Below the pieces are notes generated by a model. It was not told where the DNA came from. It made no database searches and saw nothing but the letters and a program-made list of their open reading frames with translations. Both the position numbers and the translations under genes were made by a program. Of a stretch of 64,000 nt of DNA, positions 1-12,378 are shown piece after piece. Position 1 is the first letter of the stretch. Each line of letters starts with the position of its first letter. The DNA comes from Eledone cirrhosa (lineage: Eukaryota): positions 88,412,001 to 88,476,000 of the forward strand of contig OZ024740.1 in assembly GCA_964016885.1 (NCBI GenBank), in the 5' to 3' direction.

Positions 1-619
1 TACAAACTTTTAGTTATGCAGACATTCAATATTTCAATGTTATTATTTGCTGTCATTTCATCAGAATAATATTACTGAGGACCTATTTAGTTTTTATAGA
101 GAATATTAGGAGGGAGGGGTGAAGTTGTTAGAAGAATAGTTGAAGGAGTGGTTTTTCGATAGCAGTGAGAATTCTTGGTGGCAGTGAGTAATTAGATTCC
201 CATCTGTTGTTTTGACATTTTTTATAGAATATATTATTGGTTATTTTTCTAAATCTATAGAAGGATTAGAGATAGTGAAGATATGCGTGGTTGGTTTTGT
301 GTTTGCACTTAATTAACATTCAGACTTAAATTTTTCTTTCAAGTGTACGTATCCTTTCACCCACGCATTCACACACAAATATATTTGCACACCTCTACAA
401 AATACATATACACACAATTCACATATTCATACTTACATATATATACACATGCATACACATATATACACACATGTATTTATGTACATACATACGCGCTCAT
501 GTGTATACATTTTCATACTCAACTTATCTTTATATACACACGTATAGACACACACATATATACATACATACTCTAGTCCATGTGTACACACATACACATA
601 CATACACATCCATATACAC

Positions 620-652
<33 letters not shown>

Positions 653-653
653 C

Positions 654-710
<57 letters not shown>

Positions 711-1232
711 CACACACATACATACATATACACACATATACATATATATATATATATAAGCACTTTAATACATGAATACACTTACATCTAACTATACACA
801 TCAAACATATATATATATTTACTTATTTATATACATTTTCACATATATATACATACTTATGGACGTTTTTAGACACATTCATTATCGCATATTTGTACCT
901 ATTCTCATCAGCATATCTGTTCAATATTAGTATGGTAATTTAAGGTTATTAATATATGTTGAGAAGAGATTGTTTTTATATTTTTCTAACTAGATTAAGG
1001 TTTATATAGTTGGGGGATGTCCCTCTTTTATGTAATATTCGGCTTGTAGTGGGAAAAAAGGGTTTTAGTTCTGTGACGGCAGAATAATGTTCGTTCAATT
1101 CTGTTATTCAGCAGTTTCTTCTTGTGTGTGATTATGTAATAAATCTCAAGATTACACAATTTGCAGAAATTTTGGCTCCTGGAAAAGCTTTGGGTTTTAG
1201 CTAATTTTTCCCATTTTAGGGTAAACTTTTGA
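1..1232 (-). mobile_element. Penelope-like element 3' fragment (GIY-YIG C-terminus plus 3' UTR/pLTR)
   Basis: 1028-1232 on the minus strand reads FTLKWEKLAK...CKLCNLEIYYII...LLNNRIERTLFCRHRTK, matching the W..CxLC..E..LLNxRxE..CRH tail of PLE GIY-YIG endonucleases. A CTGATGA..GAAA motif lies near 30-65 on the same strand. Confidence 0.65.
343..900. repeat. Degenerate (TA)n/(CA)n/(TACA)n microsatellite
   Basis: Visible dinucleotide tracts; source of the YIYI/HTHT ORFs. Confidence 0.95.
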
Positions 1233-1234
1233 TC

Positions 1235-2169
<935 letters not shown>

Positions 2170-2320
2170 TTTCTCTCTTTCTATCTATTGCAGGTAAGAT
2201 AATAATTTTCTTTTCTTATGCCCATGTTTAAATTTACCAATTATTACATTAACTCAGCACCATAACATGCATTGAAAATACGATTTAAGATACCTGTCAT
2301 TTGTGCCCTGTCACCAGCAG

Positions 2321-2407
<87 letters not shown>

Positions 2408-2746
2408 GAAAGGTATAGAAAGTATTGTAGCAAGAAGCCAACAGTATTCCATAATATATAAGTGACTATAGCGTCAAAATGGGAAAATAGTTAACGTAAG
2501 ATGTGGGAAAAATAATTCAAACTCAATTCAAAAGCACAAATACAGCAATCCACTGCTGACAGAAATCTTAAAAGGGCATCTGGAAACGGAACTGTCTTCT
2601 CAGCTGTTAGACACGCAGTGACTAATAATAGAATGTTTTAAGTCTGCGTGTCTGACATGACATACATGCGTAGCTTGTGAATAAAAAATTCAAGGGGTAT
2701 CGCTGGCCGTGGTGGTCCCTGCCAAACATATTTTGTAATGTATTGC

Positions 2747-2967
2747 CTTATTGGCTAATTTCATCGTCTTATTGGCTAATCAACCAACGAGAGTAATTGT
2801 TGCTCAAAAGCATCCGCCATTTTATTTGCACGTTTATTTATCGTTTCGCCTTTGAATCTTCCTCTAGTATTTCGTCTTTTACCATCAAAATATTTTTCTC
2901 GTTTTGGTAAGTTATATTGTTAATATATATATGATTTTTTAAATTTATATTAACTATTTTTTTTCAG
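2747..2967 (+). promoter_or_regulatory. Candidate Pol II promoter with short first exon and 61-nt intron
   Basis: Duplicated CTTATTGGCTAAT (CCAAT boxes at 2750 and 2771), YY1-type CCGCCATTTT at 2814-2823, donor GTAAGT at 2907, acceptor TTTTTTTTCAG ending at 2967. Confidence 0.4.
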
Positions 2968-3334
2968 TTCGTTATAACATGCTTATAATATTGGTTGTAT
3001 CATATTTACTTGTATATTTGTCCATATTATTGTTCGTTTTATGTTAGATTATTTTATTATTATTATGTTAGACTATTTGTTGGTAATATTTAATTTTTAT
3101 TAATTCAACTATAACAATTATTATGTAAAATATATTTATTTAATACTGATTGTTTTTTGTAGTTGTTTATATTAAAAGTATGAAAATATTTTTATACATC
3201 TTACAATAATATTTATAAGATCATTTATAAAATAACAATTATATAATCTAATTACATTACAACGATAATTTTTTTTATTAATATATATCATGTTTAACTA
3301 GAGTTATTACAAGCGTTGCCTTAAACAATATTAA

Positions 3335-3780
3335 ACTAGACCTGAAAAATGCGCAAGCTCAAAAGAGCCACAGAATGTTATAATAAACCTCCAAACGTGT
3401 GGGATTAGAGTTGTTGCTCAAAAATATTGTAATCATAATCTATCGTACACTCTGTGGTATCCTTTTATAAAAAAGAGACTCATAACGAACTCAAGACGAC
3501 ACGATAATTATTTAAGTGAATTTATAATATAGAATTAGGTTTAAGTGCATTTCGTATTAATCATTACTAAACATCTAATATGAGATATTGAACATTAGCT
3601 TAAATAATTATCGTGTCGTCTTGAGTTCGTTATGAGTCTATTTTTTATAAAAGGTTGCCACAGAATGTACGATAGATAATGATTACAATATTTTTGAGCA
3701 ACAACTCAAGTCCCACACTTTTGAAGGTTTATTATAACAGTCTGTGGCTCTTTTGAGCTTGCGCATTTTTCAGGTCTAGT
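3335..3780. mobile_element. MITE/foldback element with 182-bp terminal inverted repeats
   Basis: Arm 3335-3516 (ACTAGACCTG...) is the near-perfect reverse complement of 3599-3780 (...CAGGTCTAGT), with an 82-bp spacer. No clear TSD. Confidence 0.85.
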
Positions 3781-4039
3781 ACAACATATTTAAATACATA
3801 TTATTGGGTGTGTTTTTCTGAGACGTTTAATTCAATTACATATCTATAATGTCATGGTAGGTTGTTACTTTAAGTCAGCAACGTCTATTAGGTCTCATGT
3901 GATCGATGTGACCACCACAAAACAAAATAGTGGAAATATGTTGTGCTTTTTTAATGTGGCCAGAGGCCGTATATAATCCCAATTACTTACCGAGTGAGGT
4001 GAAACTCGTCTTATTAGACCAAGGAAACAATGCAACTTC

Positions 4040-4169
4040 TAGTAGAAAGAAACAACGTGAAATAAAGCGTCTTACACAAGAATACAACGTATCTCCTGGA
4101 TCAGAAATTGAATTTATATCCTCACGATTGTGAATCTAAATCCCTAGCTACTAAACCACGAGCATTCAC
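4040..4169 (-). mobile_element. Decayed tRNA-derived CORE-type SINE
   Basis: Minus strand shows an A-box-like CGTGGTTTAGTAGCTAGG, a decayed B box and a CORE-like GTTGTATTCTTGTGTAAGACGCTTTATTTCAC. Confidence 0.5.
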
Positions 4170-4474
4170 GTATACAATACACCTGTGTTTATTTCTTTAT
4201 GAAAAGATTTAGTTCTCCTGATACAAAATATCTTATCATGTCCCAAATTGGAATAATATATAACTCAATCAATTTATTTAAAAACTTCGTGTCCTGTACA
4301 GTTTGTAGTATACTAAGGCGCCGCTTGTCTATAACAATAATTAGGGTACGACTTCAGTTATTTCACACCCAAAGTCTACTGGTGACAGCCGTCATAAACA
4401 GACGTCTAGAAACGGTACTGTCTTGGCACGTTTTCAACGTGTTATTGGTGTTGTATCATATACAGATGTTTAAT

Positions 4475-4725
4475 TCACACACATGCACACACATTCACAC
4501 ACCCACCCACACACACACACATACACAGACACACACACACAGACACACATACACACACACACACACGCATACACATGCACACACATACACACACACACTA
4601 ATAAATTCAGATGACGCAGCAAAAATACATTCCATTTTCCCTTGTCAATTTTTCCACTCACCACCACAATGTCATAGATTTTCACACCCATCCCTACGTA
4701 AGTAATGAAATATACAGACAGACAG

Positions 4726-4759
<34 letters not shown>

Positions 4760-4840
4760 ACGCACACGCACACACACACACACACACACACATGCACACA
4801 CACACACACATGCACATGCACAGGCACACGCGTGCACACA
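4475..4840. repeat. Two (CA)n microsatellite blocks
   Basis: Visible repeats. Confidence 0.95.
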
Positions 4841-5110
4841 GAAACAACCACTCTCGGAAAAATATTAAAATATATATAAAAAATAAAAAATACGAACAAT
4901 TTATTCTAAAACGTTTCTTTAACAACCTATAAAGAGCCATTACCCTTCTATGGACATCTTATCTATTTACCGACAGCTCGCTCACCTAAGCCACGCCCTT
5001 GACGAGATGACGATTCCACTGCAGGTAGTTTTGTTAACAGGCTAGAATTAGCCGTCGAAACGACAAGAATTCAGCAGTTGGGAATCGACACTTTGTAATA
5101 TATATATATA

Positions 5111-5300
5111 TTAATATAGAAGAGCTTCTACAGGACTAGAACTGTTTCATTAGTGAGAAATCATCAGGAGCTTCCTGATGATTTATCACGAATGAAACAG
5201 TTCTAGTCCTCTAGAAGCTCTTCTATATTAACACATTTATACTCTGCTATGTATTGAGTATCTTACTTACTGTGGTTACCTCCGATTCAACCTGGAATAA
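5111..5300 (+). mobile_element. Short PLE-like repeat with a 121-bp palindrome (5111-5231); second copy at 24401-24545
   Basis: Palindrome centred near 5171. CCTGATGATTT..AATGAAACAGTTCTAGTCCT..ACTCTGCT.TGTATTGAGTA..GGTTACC is shared with 24419-24530, and both copies are flanked by (TA)n. Confidence 0.6.
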
Positions 5301-5301
5301 C

Positions 5302-5452
<151 letters not shown>

Positions 5453-5460
5453 TATCATTA

Positions 5461-6250
5461 TTATTATTACTTTCAAAGTAAAGGGTGTCATGGATGATAC
5501 AAAATCAAACATATATCTTGTCTCTAAAAACACCTCAAGATAGAATTCAGAGAATAAAATCGAGCCTTAATCATTATAAGAAAGTGATTGAAATATATTC
5601 ATACACAGATAAGTGTACACTAAGACATATCAAAACATAGAACTAGAGACAATCTACACTGAAAGTAAGACTACATAATTCGTTGAGCATCTTATTAAAT
5701 CTAATAAAAAATTTAAAACAAAATACCTGATAACGATCAAATATATTTCCCTCATATGTATTCTCCACAAAATCAGAATACATTTCACCAAATAACAGCG
5801 AAATTAGATATTTTGAAACGGATCATCAGTGAGGGAATTTCAAAATAATCTAATCTCACTCAATGCAGGGTTGAAAGTGGCTAAACGTACATGGTATCAA
5901 CACATGAAATTTAGCACTCGCAACGACATGGAGGGTTCTCGTTCGCTAGAAATAGCAGTCCAACCTCTCAACATAAACAGCTCACCACACAAGGAGCAGA
6001 CATATTATTATTATTGCTTTCAAAGTAAAGGGTGTCCTGAATTACAAAAATCAAACATATGTCTTGTCTCTAAAAACAGCTCAAGATAGAATTCAGAGAA
6101 TAAAATCGAGCCTTAATCATTATAAGAAAGTGATTGAAATATATTCATACACAGATAAGTGTACACTAAGACATATCAACACATAGAACTAGAGACAATC
6201 TACACTGAAAGTAAGACTACATAATTCGTTGAGTATCTTATTAAATCTAA
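5461..6250. repeat. ~1.45 units of a ~547-bp tandem repeat
   Basis: 5470-5704 is repeated at 6017-6250 with high identity. Confidence 0.9.
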
Positions 6251-6649
6251 TAATAATAATAATAATAAAAAAAATATATATATATTTTGAGTATATGTTT
6301 GTTGTTTATCACACACACAAATTCTTCTGAACATAGCAGGAGCAAACCAAAGCTGACCCTTAACACCACTACCACTACCAACACAATGGAGGTGGTCAGC
6401 TTAACAAAAACAACCACAACAGATTGTCTTGTCTCAGAAAAATTTCTATAGACTTTTGACTGAGGAATGTTCTCACAACTGACCAATGGGATGAGAGAGT
6501 GTCCTATGACGCCGAAATTCGTTTGTTCGAATTCATATGATTCCAGTTCCTCAGAGAAATAACAACCCAACCAAGAGCTGAACATATCGGAGTATTGACG
6601 GAGTAAAACACTTCAACAACATGTGTACCTGTCTCTACCACACCAATTC

Positions 6650-6712
6650 GGACTGCCTGAAGAGGTCACAGCCAGCCATGGATGGCTGTCACCAAAATAT
6701 ATATATCAGTAC
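6650..6712 (+). ncRNA. Decayed type I hammerhead ribozyme motif (PLE pLTR type)
   Basis: GGACTGC-CTGAAGA-stem II GGTCACAGCCA/TGGCTGTCACC-AAAA (GAAA mutated)-palindromic TATATA-TA-TCAGTAC, followed by AATAAA. Confidence 0.6.
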
Positions 6713-6753
6713 ATCTTTAATAAACGAAGCCAAATTTTAAATATTAAGTTAAT

Positions 6754-6805
<52 letters not shown>

Positions 6806-9229
6806 ATGTATGTATATGTGCGCGCGCGCGTGTGTGAGTGAGAGAGAGTAAACGAGAGACAGTGTTTCTGTGTTTAAGCCTCCTCTTGAAACAATACTTA
6901 TACATCATATTTTGTTGGCTATATTTCTAATAATATTTATTAGGTTCTTGCCAATTGATAGTAATTTCAATTGAAGTCTGACAATTAGTTAAACATAAGT
7001 ATCAATAAATCACCAATTGGATTTTACATGAATGAGATTTCCCAGTAAATTTCTGTACCGGTGAATTTATAATTGCATAACGATGAAGAACTGAACTTAT
7101 ATGACGGAATACTGGAGTAGACAGCAATATTAAAGAATCCAGCTTACATAATGTATTTAGAGGTAATCTGTGTTTATTTCATTGCTGTTGTAATTATCCC
7201 TTAAGACGCTGTGTAAACTAATGATGACAAAGTAATACTTTATTGTTGTTCATTACGTTGAGAAACGTGTTGAAGTACTATTAGAAAGAAGACAGACAGT
7301 GGAAGGTGACGTGTGATTATATCGTTTCGGCGAATGAACTGCTGATCAGAATAACATCTTTAGATTCATAGAAGGAGAGAAAGTGAGTATATAGACAAAG
7401 AAAAGGAAGTTATGAAAAGCAGTTTGCCCGAAGCTGACGAACAAATGAAGAGCTTGGACAAATTGCAATTATTTGACAAGGGCCACAGAAGACAATAACG
7501 TTCTAAATATTCCCATTGGCTATTATTTAATGAACAGCTGAGTAAAACACTCTTAGAAACTTTCAGTATAGACATGGAGAGCTTATTGAGAAAATCTCAT
7601 ACCTTAGAGACAATCAACTGAATGTGAATACAGAGATAAAGCGTTAATAAGATGTAAGGTATAGTTAAAGAAATATGCACCAGAATGTCTGCTTACATAG
7701 TATTTTATGTATGAAAATTATTCAACCTGACCAGGAAGTGGGGAATAAGCAAACGGATATTGTCTCATCAAAACGCACCTTACGTTGGCAGTAAGAGTAA
7801 ATGTGGGAAAAGGAAATGAAAATAAGAATAATTAAGCGTGTTATCATTTTATGGTATTTTAAATTTTAAATGATTAAAGATTTGGCATGAAGCTTTGTAT
7901 TTCTTCTGTGTTGCTATATAAGTGAGAAAGGACTTTATCATCATTAGGTCAACAGCGTGCCAAAAGAAAGTTAGATACACAAGGAAAGCTGTCAAATCTT
8001 ACAAAATTTGTAAGGGAAAGTGCAGAGAATTTGAAAAGAAGGGTCACAAACTGATGGAGAAAACGAACACTAAGTGGACATCGTTGTAAAATACCTTTCC
8101 TCACAAAATTTATAGGTTTTATGTATATTTTGAAATGACTTTACGAATTTGTTAACAGAAGAACCGAAGAGACTGTTTACGTGGGATATATAAACACATT
8201 ATTTTAACGATGAAATAATGGCAATAATGGCATACGTGCAGTAACTACACTAAATGGTTGTAAATACACTAAATAATTAGATGAGGTGATTGTACGAATG
8301 ATGGGAAATTTTTACGCATCGATTATTTCCATTGAATAAAATATACACATAACATTGCACAGAAAGTGATATTTTAAAACAATAGTAGTGGGTGTGGTTA
8401 CGCGATGGATTAGTTGGGCTCACACACCAGCCGCTGGCTAAGTTGATTTTCTCTGTCATGTTTTTTGTTTTCACAGTGGCCACTGGTTCTCGGATCTTCT
8501 CCATATTCAGGTAACATATGTATGGCAATGAAAACGTACTATTAGATAAATACTGATGACATATAGTTGTGTCATGCTTGTAGGAGTCATCTTTTCCAAG
8601 TTTACGACATGGCTGTAAATTGGTTCAACCATGAAATGAACCTGCTAGGCTGGAGGGAGTCATATCGTACACTGTAGGCTTCAATTTTACTCTCATTATG
8701 CTAGAAACAACAGTAAAATATCCCTCAATTACAACTACGTAACTTATATCAACCAAGATACCTAGGTAATGCAATCCTATAAATAGTCAGTGGATGAAGG
8801 TAATTGGAATGCGTTTGATCAAACTTTTGTTCAATAAAGTTGTTTCAAAAGGCTAAACAACAACAAAAAGCCCCGCGGTGTCTGTAAGAACTATTTATTG
8901 GAATAAAAGAAGAATTCAAACATTGAAACATAATGCAAGATATCTAAGATTTCCAAAAACATAATTTTATCAGAGTTAGAGTGGAGATGTTGGCCCATAT
9001 CCTTTTAAAATCGTACACAAGACTGGGTGAAGCGGATTATTAAAGAAATGATTAAGGTTACCGAAAAGGGAGCTCGTAAATATTGAAGAAGTATTCTATT
9101 AAATGTGCATAATGCCATACCCATATATTGCTTTTACAGCACACAGTGCTACTGTTATTCTGAGATAGCTCTTGAAACTAGTGATTGTCCAGCACCCCCA
9201 AACTAGTCCTATGTTAAAGTTCATTACAG

Positions 9230-9328
9230 GTTGACTTTGCCTTCCATCCTTACGGGGTCGATAAAATAAAGTACCAGTAATGCACTGGGTAATTGCTGGC
9301 CTTGTGCCTAAAGTAGAAACAATTATTA
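9230..9328 (+). mobile_element. 5'-truncated MetaSINE-like SINE
   Basis: GACTTTGCCTTCCATCCTTACGGGGTCGATAAAATAAAGTACCAG core plus TGGCCTTGTGCC..GAAACAATTATT tail; same family as 31066, 43664, 50076 and 61199. Confidence 0.8.
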
Positions 9329-10145
9329 GTAAGAAAAATCCATTCGCTAATCATACATCGACAACAATCCATAGAAAGTCAATTTTGATTTGTTTAATTT
9401 GTGGAAATCTACACGGAAACCATTTTCTAATTATTGTTCAGATATCTTGGCAGCCATTGAACAGAGCCTGTTTTAATGATGTCAGACATGACCGAAATAT
9501 ATCTGAAGTTGTTACCATGAATTTTCCTGTTTCACTCACTCTGCATATCTCCGTTTGATTTTTGGTTCATTGAAATTCGGCGAGTTACTGAGAAACGTTT
9601 CGTCTTATTAGGGTTAAAATCTCTCTTAATTGGAAAAAAAATTTACCTGAAGTATAATAGCCTGAACTTTACTATTTGTTATTCAAGCAGGAGCTACTAT
9701 TGGAGAATTTTCCATTGTCAATACGCCAATAGCGGTTTGTATGTGGTATTCATTTTATTAACACTAGATGTAAGTCGAGCCGGGATACAAAACAAAGTAA
9801 GAGGAAATCAAACACTGCAAATCATTGCATAAAGCCGGTCACTGTTTCTTCTCTTTACAAATTCTTGAATTGGCACACTTGCTCGGAAAGACATCGGATA
9901 TAGTCAATTGAATTGACACAATACTAGACATATCCAAGGAAAAGGCGACGATAATTGTTATTTGAATTGGCACATTTGCTGGAAGAAGGGTGATATCGTT
10001 GTCAATTGAATTTACTTCAGTACATGATTGATACTTACGTCATCAAGCACCAATGGACGAAAAACAGTCGACTATATCGTGAATCACATATATAACTAGA
10101 AACGGAAATATACTTAGTTCGTGATAACCAACTATCCTCCACCTC

Positions 10146-10176
<31 letters not shown>

Positions 10177-10438
10177 AACTACTACTGCTGCTACTACTAC
10201 AATTATTATTATTATTATTATTATTGACGAAAGTGGATGTACGTTTTTTGAAGCTCCGTGAGTAAGCAATTTTTGAGGATTAATTGTAGAGAATTGTTTA
10301 TTTTTTTGTACCGCTGAAGCATTATAAGACATTAATTTGTATCCTGTGAAGGAATAACTCATAATATTTGGGCCTTTTGGCCCAAATATTTGAACTTTAT
10401 TTTGAAAAAAAAAATAATAATTTTTTTCTCAAAAAAAC

Positions 10439-12349
10439 ATGGCGGAGCCACGCCCCCTAGAGGCGGGTCTGCTGTCGTGCAACGGCGACTTGAGCGTTGA
10501 GAGGAGAGGTGAGGCGAGGAGCGCCACCAGCACGAATGTGAGCAGCGACAGTGCCAGCACCAACGGGCCGAGCGGCGCGGAAGGTGGTAACAGCGACAAC
10601 ACCAACACCAACAAGCCGAACAGCGCAGAAGGTGGTAATAGCGAGAGCACCAACAAAACGAACAGCACAGAGAGTAATAGTAGCGACAGCAGCAGCACCA
10701 ACAAGGCCAACAGCACAGAAGGTAACCACGACACAGGGGAGAACAACAACAGCAATAGCAGCAGCAACACCAACAAGAACAACAACAGTGACAACACCAA
10801 CAAGAACACTTTCGCTGCTGTGGCAGCGGCTAAAAGGAGACCATGCTACAGCATCGACTTAACCAACAGAGAGGAAAAGTTGGCCCAGGCCTGGAAAATC
10901 ATAAATCAAGAGCAGACCTGGGCAAACTTAACTGTCCCGGCAGAAGCCATTGAGGCAGTGGAAAAAAGAACGGTGCATTTCAGATGCATCTCAGTAGAGA
11001 CAAAGAGGGCAGCGATAATCGCCCAAGCTGACATAGAAGCCGCACTGAAATACATCAGAGAGGACACAGACTTCATAGAGAGGGGCAGGCAATACGGCAC
11101 CGTTTCGGTGCTGTTCAAGTCTGAAGCCCTCGCTGTGAAGCATTCAATGACCCCTTGCAAAACCAGCAAGGTCATAATGTACCCCTCCCACATGGGAAAA
11201 CGAATAGCACGTGTGCGCATTCCCAGGATTCCACCAGGACTTGATATGTGGTGGCTCCTGGGTTGCGTAATCGTGGAAGGAACGGATACAGTCCCGGTAG
11301 AGGCAACGAGAACTGCCAGGGACGACTGGTCCGGGGTTGATCTGGAGATACTGCTCCAAATCAGACCCGAAAACGTAAAAACAATCCCGGACCACATCCG
11401 CCTCCAAAACGGGAGGGTGTTGCATATAATGACTGAGGGCAAAAGGCCGCATTGTTTCCTTTGTGGGGAAACGACACACTTGCGAGCCTTCTGCCCTCAA
11501 CTGCCGAAAAGCGCAAGGGGTCGAAAGATTCCACTGCTGGCGACGCCGGGACAAGGACCACCAGCAACACCGTCAACAATGGAACCACCAAAATTGCACA
11601 CCCAGGGGGGAAACGAGGAAAGCTCTCCCATTCCCCCTCCCCCCCAAAATACACACACGAACAAGAACATAAACACTCACTCAGACACAAACACGCTCAC
11701 AGCCACAGACCCCTCATCCTCCAGCAGTGAAGATGAGGGAAAACCAAAGTCCCCCAAAATACAAAAAACAAAACACAAAAAAAAAAGAAATCCACAAAGC
11801 ACAAACACCCCCACAAAAAAAAATACACACACCACCCACACAAACATTTTCCCCACAGCATCACCAACACAACCACCAAAATCCCCCAAACGCAAACAAG
11901 CTAAACAGACACAAGAACAAATAGACACACAAACATCAGAAACTACAGACACCCCACCCACAACAAACGCAGACACAATAGAAACAACACTAACAAAGCT
12001 ATCACCACCACAATCACACGAACAAATAAAACCCGAGCAACAAAACATTAAAAACTTCGTGCTTGCCAGAAGGGCCAACAAGGAATTGATGGCCCATGTA
12101 GCACGAAGCACAAACATCGAAAAAGACGGGGAAACATTTGAAGCGAGCACATTTCGCGTACCAGATAATTTGCTTCTGATGCGAATGTCGCTCGCTTCAT
12201 ACAAAGAAATTCGAAAGAGCTTTCCTCGGGATGTGGGAACCCCGAACGTAAAACCCACGTCAAGACTATTAAAGGGGTTCCCAAAAGAAACCCCACAAAC
12301 CATGGAGGTCGAACCACCCGACCTTCACAAGACCCCGGAAGGTAAGTAA
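10439..12349 (+). CDS. Tx1 ORF1 protein (636 aa), nucleic-acid binding, CCHC zinc knuckle
   Basis: Intact ORF with an N/S/T-rich repetitive N-terminus, an RRM-like middle, CFLCGETTHLRAFC (CX2CX4HX4C) and a P/T/K-rich linker. Confidence 0.88.
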   Translation: MAEPRPLEAGLLSCNGDLSVERRGEARSATSTNVSSDSASTNGPSGAEGGNSDNTNTNKPNSAEGGNSESTNKTNSTESNSSDSSSTNKANSTEGNHDTGENNNSNSSSNTNKNNNSDNTNKNTFAAVAAAKRRPCYSIDLTNREEKLAQAWKIINQEQTWANLTVPAEAIEAVEKRTVHFRCISVETKRAAIIAQADIEAALKYIREDTDFIERGRQYGTVSVLFKSEALAVKHSMTPCKTSKVIMYPSHMGKRIARVRIPRIPPGLDMWWLLGCVIVEGTDTVPVEATRTARDDWSGVDLEILLQIRPENVKTIPDHIRLQNGRVLHIMTEGKRPHCFLCGETTHLRAFCPQLPKSARGRKIPLLATPGQGPPATPSTMEPPKLHTQGGNEESSPIPPPPQNTHTNKNINTHSDTNTLTATDPSSSSSEDEGKPKSPKIQKTKHKKKRNPQSTNTPTKKNTHTTHTNIFPTASPTQPPKSPKRKQAKQTQEQIDTQTSETTDTPPTTNADTIETTLTKLSPPQSHEQIKPEQQNIKNFVLARRANKELMAHVARSTNIEKDGETFEASTFRVPDNLLLMRMSLASYKEIRKSFPRDVGTPNVKPTSRLLKGFPKETPQTMEVEPPDLHKTPEGK

Positions 12350-12378
12350 ACCTTTCCTCTCCCATTCATCCTGCCAGC

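Noticed and set aside
343-804. ORFs rich in YI, HT, CV, poly-I/L/N here and throughout the window
   Set aside because: Translations of di-, tri- and tetranucleotide microsatellites
7330-7620. Very old Dong/R4-like relic
   Set aside because: Only vague residue similarity; too decayed to call
10371-10381. U2 snRNA fragment (GGCCTTTTGGC) implying Keno-like U2 targeting
   Set aside because: Only 11 nt match, the flanks are not U2, and the site is internal to the 5' UTR
12342-12377. Mini-intron fusing ORF1 to ORF2
   Set aside because: Only 36 nt, and removing it puts ORF2 out of frame
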